Shown here: positions 38,939-48,693 of the stretch, one piece after another
How positions within the stretch are numbered: the stretch's first letter is position 1
Layout of the letters: every line of letters begins with the position of its first letter
Source: a virus
Taxonomy: Duplodnaviria > Caudoviricetes
IMG/VR virus record: IMGVR_UViG_3300048861_000178
Span: 251,191 to 315,190 of that record
DNA length: 64,000 nt
Strand: one strand, 5' to 3'
Translations under genes and position numbers: made by a program
Notes under the pieces: model-generated
What the model was told of the DNA's origin: nothing
The model's database searches: none
Seen by the model: only the letters and a program-made list of their open reading frames with translations

Positions 38939-39291
38939 ATTTCGATCAAACACGGGAAACCGTGGAGCCGGATAACCTTCTCGCCAGTGTTGGGATTATC
39001 CGTGGCTGGACTAGCTTTATCCGCCAGCATCCGGAAGTCTTCGACGAGAAGGACACCGCGGCTGAACCGTACATGTCACGCGCCTGTGCGCTCCTGATTG
39101 ACAGGTTCCAAGGCACGCCGGATGCCAATACCAGCATCTACACGTGTGACGTGGCTGATACGGCGCTGGTCGACAAGATCAAGACCTACTTCCCGTTTGT
39201 CATGTCGCGCGGTTCGGCCCGTGACCGAGGCGTGCCCAAAGCGCTCGAAAACATCCTCCTCGCCTTACCCAACATTCTGACCACGACATGA
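38935..39291 (+). CDS. Hypothetical protein
   Basis: ATGA overlap with the previous gene. Confidence 0.7.
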   Translation: MNFDQTRETVEPDNLLASVGIIRGWTSFIRQHPEVFDEKDTAAEPYMSRACALLIDRFQGTPDANTSIYTCDVADTALVDKIKTYFPFVMSRGSARDRGVPKALENILLALPNILTTT

Positions 39292-39467
39292 TCTCCTTTC
39301 ATTCCTACTGGTTGCCGATCTGGATCACGGTGTTCTGTGTGGGGCTACCCGGCCTGGTACTCGCCACACCTGAGCGTGTGCCGTTTCAAAGCATTGCTGC
39401 CGCAGGCTTTCTTCTGATCGGCTGCCTGATCTCCGCCGTCGCCTGGTTGTTGTGGTACGCCTTCTAG
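39288..39467 (+). CDS. Small two-TM membrane protein (59 aa, absent from the ORF track)
   Basis: ATGA overlap; MISFHSYWLPIWITVFCVGLPGLVLATPERVPFQSIAAAGFLLIGCLISAVAWLLWYAF. Confidence 0.65.
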   Translation: MISFHSYWLPIWITVFCVGLPGLVLATPERVPFQSIAAAGFLLIGCLISAVAWLLWYAF

Positions 39468-39475
39468 GAGTCGAG

Positions 39476-39724
39476 ATGTTTGATTCGCGCGATTACAAGA
39501 AACCTGTCACCTCGCCACCTTACACGACACCTGTGCAGTCACGCAGGCCTGCGCAACGGGTGTTCGATCAGATCTGTCCGCCCGCACCCAGCCCGTACTC
39601 GGAAGAAGAACTGAGCTACATGGCAGCGCCCCTCACGCCTGCGGAAGAGCGTCAAGAGCGGCGGGAGCGACAAGCCAAGCGAACCAAGAACCAACGCAGT
39701 CGTCAGTGGTGGAATCACCGGTGA
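39476..39724 (+). CDS. Small Pro-rich/basic protein ending QWWNHR
   Basis: AGGAG RBS before ATG 39476. Confidence 0.65.
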   Translation: [82 protein letters not shown]

Positions 39725-39730
39725 ACTAGC

Positions 39731-39955
39731 ATGGCCAAGCGTCAAAATAAACCATGGGCGCCGACATGGCGACAAGAACAAGAGCGGGGTGCACGTGCTA
39801 TCCAGCATCAGTTTAGCCGGATAGTACATAGTGCCCAACGGGGTGGTGAAGCTTGGACAGTCGAGGAAGCAGCCAACCGCCTAGCGGAAGTGCGGGCGGC
39901 GCTCGAAGAAGCCGAAGCAACACTAGAACGATACCAAGAACGAGAAGCAGCATGA
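39731..39955 (+). CDS. Small coiled-coil protein
   Basis: 74 aa, tightly packed in the operon. Confidence 0.65.
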   Translation: MAKRQNKPWAPTWRQEQERGARAIQHQFSRIVHSAQRGGEAWTVEEAANRLAEVRAALEEAEATLERYQEREAA

Positions 39956-40236
39956 GCGACGAGATCCAACTTCAACCCACCCCTGCCGAGATTGCTAAAG
40001 CCGCGATTGTCAAGCGGCTGGAAGCCCAGCGCGATAAGCTGGACGCAGCGATTATCAGCGGCTTCAATCGTAAGCATCCGGACAGTAAAGAACGCCACTG
40101 GCCGGAAGACTTCCCGCACGAAAACGGCATGTACGAATGCATCTGTCTGCACTGCCACCATCACTTCCTGGGCTACAAGCGCCGGATGTGTTGTAAAGTC
40201 TGTGCGAGTGCCAACGAGGAGAAGCAAAATGACTAA
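39952..40236 (+). CDS. Small zinc-ribbon protein
   Basis: ATGA overlap; CLHC-x-CKVC after WPEDFPHENGMY. Confidence 0.7.
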   Translation: MSDEIQLQPTPAEIAKAAIVKRLEAQRDKLDAAIISGFNRKHPDSKERHWPEDFPHENGMYECICLHCHHHFLGYKRRMCCKVCASANEEKQND

Positions 40237-40498
40237 CCTCCATGGTTGGGCCTTGGTTCGCCTGGCGTACACCCTCGTCTACTTCGTGCTCGCTGCCGGT
40301 ACGATGTGGTGGTTCAAGGCTCAGCTAGAACCGGTGGTGACACGTACGTTCTTCGTCGTCGATGGCGAACGCTGGGCTGCTAAGCAGACCGTGTATCGCT
40401 ACGTCACCAATCCGAGACTGTACTTCTGGGAGTACGTAGCGATCGGGCTCTTCTTGGTGCTGGCCATTCCCCTGCTTCTTCTGTGGTACATCACGTAA
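40229..40498 (+). CDS. Small two-TM membrane protein
   Basis: GAGGAG RBS; two hydrophobic segments. Confidence 0.7.
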   Translation: MTNLHGWALVRLAYTLVYFVLAAGTMWWFKAQLEPVVTRTFFVVDGERWAAKQTVYRYVTNPRLYFWEYVAIGLFLVLAIPLLLLWYIT

Positions 40499-40499
40499 C

Positions 40500-40808
40500 A
40501 TGGCTAAATTCGAACGCACTAAGCCCCACATCAGCGTGGGCACCATCGCTCACTACCGTACAGGCAACGCGCGCAGCCACGCACGCATGTTGATGCAACT
40601 GGCCGCGCTGAATGCCGTGGTTGCTGCGCAAGACACCAGTAGCGTGACGCTGTATGGTAACGAGAGCACGGGACCGAAGACGTACACCAACATGAACCAG
40701 GGTCCGATGCAGGATTATCGGACCCGCGATGAGCGGCGCGGCAAGAAGAAACGCAAGCACGGACCGAAGTCGGGCTCACGCTACAAGAAAGGGAGGTGGT
40801 GGGAATGA
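40500..40808 (+). CDS. Small protein starting with an EF-Tu N-terminal-like peptide
   Basis: [18 protein letters not shown] versus EF-Tu [20 protein letters not shown]; basic tail ending RWWE. Confidence 0.7.
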   Translation: [102 protein letters not shown]

Positions 40809-41281
40809 ACCGGGATGAAGAATGTACACGGATCATCGATCAGCTGCGGGAAGCGACCAAGGCTTATCTGGAGCCGATTGACCAGAGCGTCGAACCCCTC
40901 ACCGTAGCGCTACCGGATGGCACCCCAGTCATGGAGATCACATCCCAGCATAAAGGTGCTTTCCGGGAGTTGCCGATTCTTTACGTGGAGCACGCCTTAC
41001 ACGCACCCCACGTCATTGAGGCGATTCGTGCTGCCAAGCTGCCCCTGATTGTCATTGCTTCCCCCGAAGAATTGCGCGGTGAGCTTAAGAGTCGCGGCAT
41101 GAGTGAGCGTGAGATCCTGGAAAAACTTACTGGGATGGTGCATCCCATGAGAAGTGACGTCGAGCCATTGGGCTTGGCAGAAGTTGTACACGCTATGCCC
41201 GCATTCAAGGTGAATAACCCTGGGAAAAGCTCCCAGCGGCCCGCCTTGCCCAAGAACAGAAAACGCGATCGGTGGAACTGA
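40805..41281 (+). CDS. Hypothetical protein with basic tail ending RWN
   Basis: ATGA overlap, GGAGG RBS. Confidence 0.7.
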   Translation: MNRDEECTRIIDQLREATKAYLEPIDQSVEPLTVALPDGTPVMEITSQHKGAFRELPILYVEHALHAPHVIEAIRAAKLPLIVIASPEELRGELKSRGMSEREILEKLTGMVHPMRSDVEPLGLAEVVHAMPAFKVNNPGKSSQRPALPKNRKRDRWN

Positions 41282-41916
41282 TGATGGATGTTAAGGTAGA
41301 GAGCGCGGCTGCGTTGCCCGTCTCGGAAGAAGAAGCTGCGCGACTGGCTGAGATCCAAGATGGTCTCATGGTCGAGCAAGCCATGCGGGAACAAGCCGAA
41401 GCCGAACCGCGTAAAAGCGTTCCGGTGCTCGACGACGTGATGAACGCCGACGAACTGGAACAGATCACGCTCGAAGGCTTGGCTGCCAATCCGGAACAAA
41501 CCCCGGAACAGGTCGAGCAGGCGATGCAGATGGCGCAACAGCAAGAAGCCTATCTGAACTACTTGAAGCAGCAACGCTTCTGGCAATTCATGACACACCG
41601 TCCGCAACCGGCGAGCGCACGCACCTGTGAATGGGGGCTTGTCAAGTACCTGCTCATCTGTCACGAGAAGCGCGAGTTCGATCATCAGCCGGAAATCGCC
41701 GCACTCTTCGACGGCCAGTGGTACCACGGCATCCTCACCGGCAACATCGCGGTGTATCGTCAAGACGACGGCGAAGTGAAGGTGGCTCTGAAGCGACCGT
41801 ACATTGGTGTTACCACCAACGTCCAGTACACGGACGCGGAGCTCGCCGCGCAGAAGCTCCAGCAGCACAAAGCGATGCCGCGCAAGCAGCGTCGCCAGGC
41901 AGAATTGGCGAAGTAA
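41281..41916 (+). CDS. Hypothetical protein, acidic N-half
   Basis: TGATG overlap, 211 aa. Confidence 0.75.
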   Translation: MMDVKVESAAALPVSEEEAARLAEIQDGLMVEQAMREQAEAEPRKSVPVLDDVMNADELEQITLEGLAANPEQTPEQVEQAMQMAQQQEAYLNYLKQQRFWQFMTHRPQPASARTCEWGLVKYLLICHEKREFDHQPEIAALFDGQWYHGILTGNIAVYRQDDGEVKVALKRPYIGVTTNVQYTDAELAAQKLQQHKAMPRKQRRQAELAK

Positions 41917-42055
41917 ATTCTTACTGCGATAATGCCTATGGTATAGAGACAGCTTTGCCGCTGTCTTTACTCCTAGCCAGTCTTACCCACTGGCTAGGGG
42001 ACCCCCTATGAGCGAGGTTTGATCTTGCTCCAGCAGAGCTGAGTAATTTGTGCAC

Positions 42056-42087
42056 GATTCAAAGATTTATTAGACACATATTACTAA
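42056..42087 (+). promoter_or_regulatory. Early promoter of chimallin
   Basis: GATTCAAAGATTTATTAGACACATATTACTAA, 29/32 identical to 3868-3899. Confidence 0.75.
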
Positions 42088-42169
42088 ACTGTGCTGGATT
42101 AGAGAATCGCTCTTTTCTAGCATACACTCGAGTGTATTAAACGATAATTCTGAAACAAGGAATAGCACT

Positions 42170-44080
42170 ATGGCAATCGAACAACCGGGCCAAGAAGGCC
42201 AAGCCGCAGCTCCGGCAGAAACGCAAATGGCAGCGGGTTTCACCCGTGCCAAGGACAACCAGAACTCTCAACCGCGAGGCACCATGAACCAGCAACAACA
42301 ATCCGCACCGGCGGGCTTCAGCTTCCGCTCGCTCGGCCGTCTGGGCAACGCACCGATGGGCCGCAACCCGGCTGCTGAAGTGCTCGTCAAGCTCGAGAAG
42401 GCGCTGACCGAAACGTACAAGTCGGCGAACCCGGCTTTCGAGATCAAGCTGCTCCCGCTCGACATGAACAACAACCCGGCGATCGCGCGCTCGGCGCTCA
42501 TCGTAGCCCTGTTCGACAAGAACGACCTGGACCTGGGCGTCGCGTACCACACGCTGATCCTCGCGGGCTCGGGCGAACCGTTCCCGCCGAAGTACGACCA
42601 GATCAACGGTCAGAACGTCGAAATCCAGCGTGTCGACGGCGACGTGTGGGACGACAAGTTCCGCGAAGTCGTGGCCGATGCCGTGGCCCGTACGTTCAAC
42701 GGCGCGCGTCTGATCGACGCTGAAGCCGAAGTCGTGCCGCGTTCGTTCGACGTCGCAGACGAACAGCTCGTGTACCAACTCGCCGCGAACGCCCTGTTTG
42801 CCGCGAACCACGAACTGAACCGCATGCGTCCGGACTTCCGCGACCTGAACCTGGCTGGCGCAGCACGCGACTCGAACCTGACCGCGCGCGTCGCGTTCAA
42901 CCACGACCAACTGGTCGACCCGGTCGGCGAGCCGATCCGTACCGATGTGATGATCGACCTGATCGCCACGGCCATCACGACCGGCCAGGGCGCCAACGCA
43001 GACGCACGCGCGACGAAAGTCTCGCAAGTCGGCGGCTTCCTCGACCTCGTGTGGGACCCGGTCGCACCGACCGCGAACCCGTACGCGCAGTGGGGCCAAG
43101 CGCAGCAACAGCAGTTCAACCCGCTGTACATCACGCACTTCGTGATGACGCATCTGGAAACGCTCGAGCTGATGACCGTTCCGGCACAGCTGTTCGCGCT
43201 GGTTCAGGCGCTCACGCTGCGCGACGGCAACGCATGGGCACGTGGTTTCGCACCGCGTCCTTACGCGCAAGGCATCGACATGCACGACATCGGTGCAATC
43301 GGTATCGAAGCGAATCCGGAAGGCAACGCGAACGGCATCGGCGCGCGCATCGACACGAAGTCGGACGCGTTCACGGCACAAGGCACGCTGCACAAGCTGC
43401 TGCAAGCTTTCGTGCGTCCGGGCCTGCTGCTCTCGATCGACGTGCCGGAATGCGGTCCGTCGACCTGGTCGAACTCGGTGTTCGCGGCTGCAGCTGAAGG
43501 CAGCCCGAAGGCCAACGAGTTCATCATCGAAGCAGCGCAGACGCTGACGAACGGCAACTTCCTGAAGCACTACACGAACGGCACGGGCCGCGTTGCGTTC
43601 GACAACAACAACCGCATTCACCTGGGTTGGTACGTCGACCAGCAAGGTCGCAAGCGCGACATCCGCGACATCGACTACCTCGCGGTAGCGAACCTGATCG
43701 GCGAGAAGGACCCGACGGTCATCAAGGACTGGAGCGACACGTTCGTCAATCTGCAAATCTCGCCCGCGCAGCGTCTCGCGCGTCGCAAGAACATCATCCA
43801 GGGTCTGGTCGGCGATGCAACCTTCACGGGTTTCGCACGTCGTGCAACGCTGGACGGTGCGTTCATGGAAGCGCTGGCCAAGGGCTGCGTGGATGCGGGT
43901 CTCGTCCTGCGTGCACAATACCCGTTCGGCGACGTCGCGGGTCAAGAGCGTGCAACGGCGCAGTTCGCCAACGGCCTGCTCATGGCTCCGGGTGCAACCG
44001 GTCTGTTCGCGGCTGGCTTCGGCGGTCAGTCGAACCAAGGCGCTGGCTGGGGCCGCACGGGCTTCAGCTCGCGCTGGTAA
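42170..44080 (+). CDS. chmA: Chimallin, nuclear shell protein (phiKZ gp54-like)
   Basis: 636 aa, extreme codon bias, early promoter and strong terminator, immediately upstream of nvRNAP beta'; RDIRDIDYLAVAN segment; flexible termini. Confidence 0.88.
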   Translation: MAIEQPGQEGQAAAPAETQMAAGFTRAKDNQNSQPRGTMNQQQQSAPAGFSFRSLGRLGNAPMGRNPAAEVLVKLEKALTETYKSANPAFEIKLLPLDMNNNPAIARSALIVALFDKNDLDLGVAYHTLILAGSGEPFPPKYDQINGQNVEIQRVDGDVWDDKFREVVADAVARTFNGARLIDAEAEVVPRSFDVADEQLVYQLAANALFAANHELNRMRPDFRDLNLAGAARDSNLTARVAFNHDQLVDPVGEPIRTDVMIDLIATAITTGQGANADARATKVSQVGGFLDLVWDPVAPTANPYAQWGQAQQQQFNPLYITHFVMTHLETLELMTVPAQLFALVQALTLRDGNAWARGFAPRPYAQGIDMHDIGAIGIEANPEGNANGIGARIDTKSDAFTAQGTLHKLLQAFVRPGLLLSIDVPECGPSTWSNSVFAAAAEGSPKANEFIIEAAQTLTNGNFLKHYTNGTGRVAFDNNNRIHLGWYVDQQGRKRDIRDIDYLAVANLIGEKDPTVIKDWSDTFVNLQISPAQRLARRKNIIQGLVGDATFTGFARRATLDGAFMEALAKGCVDAGLVLRAQYPFGDVAGQERATAQFANGLLMAPGATGLFAAGFGGQSNQGAGWGRTGFSSRW

Positions 44081-44128
44081 GCAGCTGAACACGTAGCGCG
44101 GGAGTAGCCATTTCCGCGCAAGCGGTCG

Positions 44129-44158
44129 AAAGAGGGGCCTTCGGGTCCCTCTTTTTTT
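44129..44158 (+). terminator. Canonical intrinsic terminator after chmA
   Basis: AAGAGGGGCC-TTCG-GGTCCCTCTT plus T run. Confidence 0.85.
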
Positions 44159-44244
44159 CTTTTTACAGGGGTGAGGTATCTATTGGAGTATCATCTAGCT
44201 AGTGGTATTCCGTACCCGAGTAAACAGGAAACAAGGAGAAACGA

Positions 44245-45714
44245 GTGGGCGTAAGACTCAGTTTGATCAATTTCAACGAGCTGTTTTACCAGCACTCGAC
44301 GCGTGAGCCGAAGATCATCAACGAGATTGCGGAATCATCGGAGAAGGATCGGCAAGAGTTTAACCGACTGATCTATACCACCTATTCGGGCGATTTGCTG
44401 AGCAATCTGCCGTCGTGCGAATGTGGGGAGATCGTTGGTGGCTACAACGTCGGTGTGGTATGCGGCACCTGTGGCACTGAAGTGCGCTCGCATGTGGAGC
44501 GCGACCTCGAACCGATCGTGTGGATCAGAAGGCCGAAAGGCGTCGATGGCCTGATCAACCCGATCGTGTGGATGATGTTGAAGAAGCGATTCACCCGTAG
44601 TGGTTACGAGATCATTCGCTGGATTTGTGACACGAACTACGCGCCGCCGGTGCGTAAACCTCAGGTCGTGTATCGGCTGGAGGAGTTGAACTGCCCGCGT
44701 GGGCTGAACAACTTCGTGAACAAGTTCGACGAGATCATGGCGTTGCTCATGGATCTCAAGGAGTATCGCAAGAGTGAGGAGCATCTGGAGCTCATGACGG
44801 CGATACGCAATCAACGGGACTGCGTGTTTAGCGATCACCTGCCCTTGCCGAACCGGGCGCTTCTCGTGATTGAGGAGAGCAACGTCGGCACCTATGTGGA
44901 CCCCATCATCACCGGCGCGGTGGATGCGATTCGCATGATGGCAGGCATCGATTCCTCCCTGACCTCTCACACCGTACGTGTGAAAGAGAATCGGACCGTG
45001 AAGACGATCTCGCAATTGGCAGAGTTTTACGAGGGTCTGTATAAGACCACGCTTGCCAAGAAGCAGGGGATTTTTCGTAAGCACGTGTTCGGCTCTCGGT
45101 CCCATTTCTCGTTCCGTGCGGTGATTTCGTCGTTGACGGATGCGCATGATTACGAGGAAATCCACATTCCGTGGGGGATCGGTCTGTCGGTGTTCCGTAT
45201 CCACTTGATGAATAAGTTGCTACGGCGCGGCTATACACCGAACGAAGGAATCGCGTTCCTGAACAAGCACGCGTCGATTTACAACGAGGACCTGGATCAG
45301 TTGTTCCAGGAGCTGATTGCAGAGTGCCCGTACAAAGGCATTCCGTGTATCATGCAGCGCAATCCCTCGTTGGAACGCGGCTCGGCGCAGCTCGTGTATG
45401 TGACGCAAGTGAAGTCTGTGGTGGAGATCCCGACCGTCTCGATCAGTATTCTGGACGTGAAGGGCTTGAACGCGGACTTCGATGGTGACCAGCTGAACTT
45501 CACGCCGTGTCTGGATAACTACACGACGGAAGAACTGCGAGCACTTGCGCCGCATAAGAGCACGTTTGGTCTCGACCAGCCGAAGAAGGTGTCGAGCAAC
45601 CTCGCGCAGCCCAAGCCGGTGATTGCCACCACGGCGAACTTCTTGCATGACACGGACGAATCGGTGGATCAAGCCAAGTGGAACAAGATGATGATGTTGG
45701 CTGAAGCCGCTTAA
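44245..45714 (+). CDS. Non-virion RNAP beta' N-terminal catalytic subunit (phiKZ gp55-56.1-like), uninterrupted
   Basis: Zn finger CECG..CGTC, RKHVFGSR, RNPSL and catalytic NADFDGD. Confidence 0.92.
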   Translation: MGVRLSLINFNELFYQHSTREPKIINEIAESSEKDRQEFNRLIYTTYSGDLLSNLPSCECGEIVGGYNVGVVCGTCGTEVRSHVERDLEPIVWIRRPKGVDGLINPIVWMMLKKRFTRSGYEIIRWICDTNYAPPVRKPQVVYRLEELNCPRGLNNFVNKFDEIMALLMDLKEYRKSEEHLELMTAIRNQRDCVFSDHLPLPNRALLVIEESNVGTYVDPIITGAVDAIRMMAGIDSSLTSHTVRVKENRTVKTISQLAEFYEGLYKTTLAKKQGIFRKHVFGSRSHFSFRAVISSLTDAHDYEEIHIPWGIGLSVFRIHLMNKLLRRGYTPNEGIAFLNKHASIYNEDLDQLFQELIAECPYKGIPCIMQRNPSLERGSAQLVYVTQVKSVVEIPTVSISILDVKGLNADFDGDQLNFTPCLDNYTTEELRALAPHKSTFGLDQPKKVSSNLAQPKPVIATTANFLHDTDESVDQAKWNKMMMLAEAA

Positions 45715-45727
45715 CGAGGAGGACATC

Positions 45728-46366
45728 GTGCGAGTAATTACAGGAGGTGCAGACGTCTTTGACGCTGTGATTTATCATGAGCCCCATCCGGGAACCATGA
45801 GCTATCTGCAAAATCAGTTCGACAACATGTCGAGCTCGATGGCGGGGTTTGGCCAGGGTTTCATGGAAACGGCCCGTAGTGCGTGGGAGCGCTTTGGCAA
45901 TAGCGAAGCATTCCGGCGTGCGAAGGCGGCGGTGCGCATGGTGTCTCACATGTGGCAGCGCGACGAGATTCGTAGCATCTGGGAGATGGGCGCCTTTCAG
46001 CAGGCACCCCTTTCGATGCAGCGTTTCTTGGTGGCTAATCCGGTCGTGCGGGAGATGTATAACGACCAACGGATTGACGGCTATTCGGAAACCTATGTGG
46101 ACATGCATCCGGGCAAGATCGGATGGCAGCACTATGATTACCAGATGGCCGCGCATGGCTTCGTCCAGACGCCTGTGGTAAAAGATAAGGACGGTCACGA
46201 AGAGGGGGACTTCCATGTGGAATTCTTCTTCGACGAACCGGTCGAAGGCGATCGTTATTTGCATCTGCTCGAACAGCACGACATTTTCAAGTGCTGGGAT
46301 GCCATGAACGCTTTGATCGCAGACGGTGGAGAAGATCCCACCTCGCCGTACGCCAGCAAGCTGTAG
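45728..46366 (+). CDS. Conserved nucleus-block protein (possibly phiKZ gp59/Imp3-like)
   Basis: 212 aa after beta'; GAGGAGG RBS; assignment by position only. Confidence 0.45.
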   Translation: MRVITGGADVFDAVIYHEPHPGTMSYLQNQFDNMSSSMAGFGQGFMETARSAWERFGNSEAFRRAKAAVRMVSHMWQRDEIRSIWEMGAFQQAPLSMQRFLVANPVVREMYNDQRIDGYSETYVDMHPGKIGWQHYDYQMAAHGFVQTPVVKDKDGHEEGDFHVEFFFDEPVEGDRYLHLLEQHDIFKCWDAMNALIADGGEDPTSPYASKL

Positions 46367-46477
46367 TGCTTTTCCTCTCGACTGCCTGACGGTGGTCGAG
46401 GGGGTTTTTATCCCCTAGGCTCTTTTTTTCTTTCAGTGGGTGGATTCTATGTCCATTACCAACTTTCAGAATCTGCC

Positions 46478-46918
46478 ATGGGTGCTGCCGTTCCGAGTAT
46501 TAGCATGAAGGGCTGGGTCGTGTCCGTGCCCGAGAAGGTCGACCTGATGTTGTCGCACTTTTTCGAATCCGACAAGATTCAGACGTATCTCTATCCAGGT
46601 CACGTTGCCAACTTGCAGAACCTCCTTCAGCAGTATGGCAACAACATTCCCCAGCTGTGCTTGCAATTGCGCCAGATACTGGAGCCGTATTTCGCGGGTT
46701 ACTTTGACGCTACCGTCGTGGAAGTGAACGCTAACAATGATCCCACTGTGAATCCGACCAATGCCATCACCTTGACGGTGCAGGCGACCATTCGCGATAA
46801 CGGTCAGGAGTATTCACTGGGCTCGCTCGTGCAGGTGAACGACTCGAGCTTTAAACGCGTCATGGGTTTGATCAATTATGGTGTGCTACCCACTGACTCA
46901 GGAGGCATCCCATCATGA
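46478..46918 (+). CDS. Conserved hypothetical protein
   Basis: 146 aa from ATG 46478, ATGA-coupled to the next gene. Confidence 0.65.
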   Translation: MGAAVPSISMKGWVVSVPEKVDLMLSHFFESDKIQTYLYPGHVANLQNLLQQYGNNIPQLCLQLRQILEPYFAGYFDATVVEVNANNDPTVNPTNAITLTVQATIRDNGQEYSLGSLVQVNDSSFKRVMGLINYGVLPTDSGGIPS

Positions 46919-47577
46919 CTCAACCCACGCAACCCGATCAGAACCCTGCCAAACGTCGTCTGGACTGGATGACGCGTAACATCGACATGACGGGTACTGG
47001 CCGCTCAACGGAGGAAATCAATGCCATTCGTCAATCGCTGGATGAACAAGAAACTGCAACTCGTGCACGCATGCCGGAGCGCATTTTCGTCGGTCTCTGG
47101 CTGGCTGTCTTCCATAAAGGCCAGAATGAGTTCTACCCGCAAGTAAATCTGGACATGTGGGCGAACTACGCGGGTAACGAATACCGCGAGGTCGACATCA
47201 TTAACGCCAAGGGCGAAGTGATTTTCTCGGTGCCGCCCTTGTTTGATCGCAGCGGGATCAAAACGATCCAGGGCAAAGATCGTACCCGCATGCCGGGCGG
47301 TAACATCCTGAATATCATCCAGAACGCCGAACTGCGTGCACGGGTCTCCCCTCAGGATGGTCGCAATTATCTGAGCGCGCACCTGAAGCAGCGCGCGCTT
47401 TTCATGGCGGATTTGCCGCCCTCGGTTCGCACCAATCTCGAACGCTGGGACGCGATCTTTAAGCGTTATGGTTTGCCGGGTGTGTTGGAGACGGAAGAAG
47501 TTACCGCACAGAAAGATAGTGTGAGCAATTCCGCCGACCAACCGACGACGCAAAATGATGAATGGGAACCCCTCTAA
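46915..47577 (+). CDS. Conserved hypothetical protein
   Basis: AGGAGG RBS; EVDIINAKGEVIFSVPPL motif. Confidence 0.7.
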   Translation: MTQPTQPDQNPAKRRLDWMTRNIDMTGTGRSTEEINAIRQSLDEQETATRARMPERIFVGLWLAVFHKGQNEFYPQVNLDMWANYAGNEYREVDIINAKGEVIFSVPPLFDRSGIKTIQGKDRTRMPGGNILNIIQNAELRARVSPQDGRNYLSAHLKQRALFMADLPPSVRTNLERWDAIFKRYGLPGVLETEEVTAQKDSVSNSADQPTTQNDEWEPL

Positions 47578-48682
47578 CCTGAAGATCGCCGTTGTCAGCG
47601 ATATTCACCTTGGTCACGCGCGAAATCCCGCGGAGCGTATCATTAAGAACCTCCGCACTGCTTTTCCGGATAACGCCGAGACCGCCGAGCTGGACATCAT
47701 CGTGTTGGCTGGTGACGTGTTTGATACGTTGCTCGAACTTCCTGATGATGAAGTGACCGAAATCAAGGTGTGGGTGGCGTATATGCTGCGACTGTGCAAG
47801 AAGCACGGAATTCGCATGTACGTCCTAGAGGGCACACCGAGCCATGACTGGAAACAGTCACGGATTTTCGAGTCACTGAACGAAGTAACAGGCATTGGCG
47901 CCGATCTCAAATACGTGAGAAGTCTATCCATCGAGTACGAAGAGCGCCACGATCAGTGGTTGCTCTTCGTACCCGATGAGTGGACCAATTCCACCGAAAC
48001 CACCCTTAGCCAAGTTCATGACCTGTTACGAGCCAAAGGGCTCACCCAAGTCGATTACGCCTTCATGCACGGTCAGTTCGAGTATCAGCTCCCACCGATC
48101 GTGAAAGCTCAGAAGCACTCGAGCGAAGAGTACTTGAAGATTGTGAAGCATCTGATCTTTATCGGTCACGTGCACATTCACTCGCGCTATGAACGCATTA
48201 TCGCGCAAGGCTCGTTTGACCGTCTCACGCACGGTGAAGAAGGCCCGAAGGGGCACGTGCGGGCCTATCGACGCGGCGATGAACACGATGTGGTGTTTGT
48301 GGAGAACGTCAACGCGATGCGCTTTGTGACGGTCAAGTGCGAGGCGATGACGTTAGAAGATACGCTGGCGGAAATCGCCAAGCAAGTAGAGGGCTTGCCG
48401 GAAGAGTCATTCGTGCGGGTTCGAGGCTCGTGGGATAACCCCATCTTCTCGAACATGGATGCGCTCATTCGCAAGTGGCCGTGGTTTACCTGGGACAAAC
48501 AGCCTGTAGATGATGGGGATGTGGAAACTGCGGAAGCGGCTTTGGATGATGAGATTACGTATGTCCCGATTACGATCACCAAGGACAACGTGACGTCATT
48601 ACTCACGGACCGTCTGATTAATGCGGGTGCCACCTCCGATGTCCTGGCGATGGCTCAAGCAATCATGCCCGAAGTACTGTAA
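47555..48682 (+). CDS. SbcD/Mre11-like metallophosphoesterase nuclease
   Basis: SDIHLG, AGDVFD, GTPSHD, MHG, GHVH motifs. Confidence 0.88.
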   Translation: MMNGNPSNLKIAVVSDIHLGHARNPAERIIKNLRTAFPDNAETAELDIIVLAGDVFDTLLELPDDEVTEIKVWVAYMLRLCKKHGIRMYVLEGTPSHDWKQSRIFESLNEVTGIGADLKYVRSLSIEYEERHDQWLLFVPDEWTNSTETTLSQVHDLLRAKGLTQVDYAFMHGQFEYQLPPIVKAQKHSSEEYLKIVKHLIFIGHVHIHSRYERIIAQGSFDRLTHGEEGPKGHVRAYRRGDEHDVVFVENVNAMRFVTVKCEAMTLEDTLAEIAKQVEGLPEESFVRVRGSWDNPIFSNMDALIRKWPWFTWDKQPVDDGDVETAEAALDDEITYVPITITKDNVTSLLTDRLINAGATSDVLAMAQAIMPEVL

Positions 48683-48693
48683 AAATAAGGAGA

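Noticed and set aside
40500-40808. A functional phage EF-Tu or tuf pseudogene
   Set aside because: Similarity covers only the first ~18 aa, the P-loop is absent, and no tuf-like continuation was seen in the listed ORFs.
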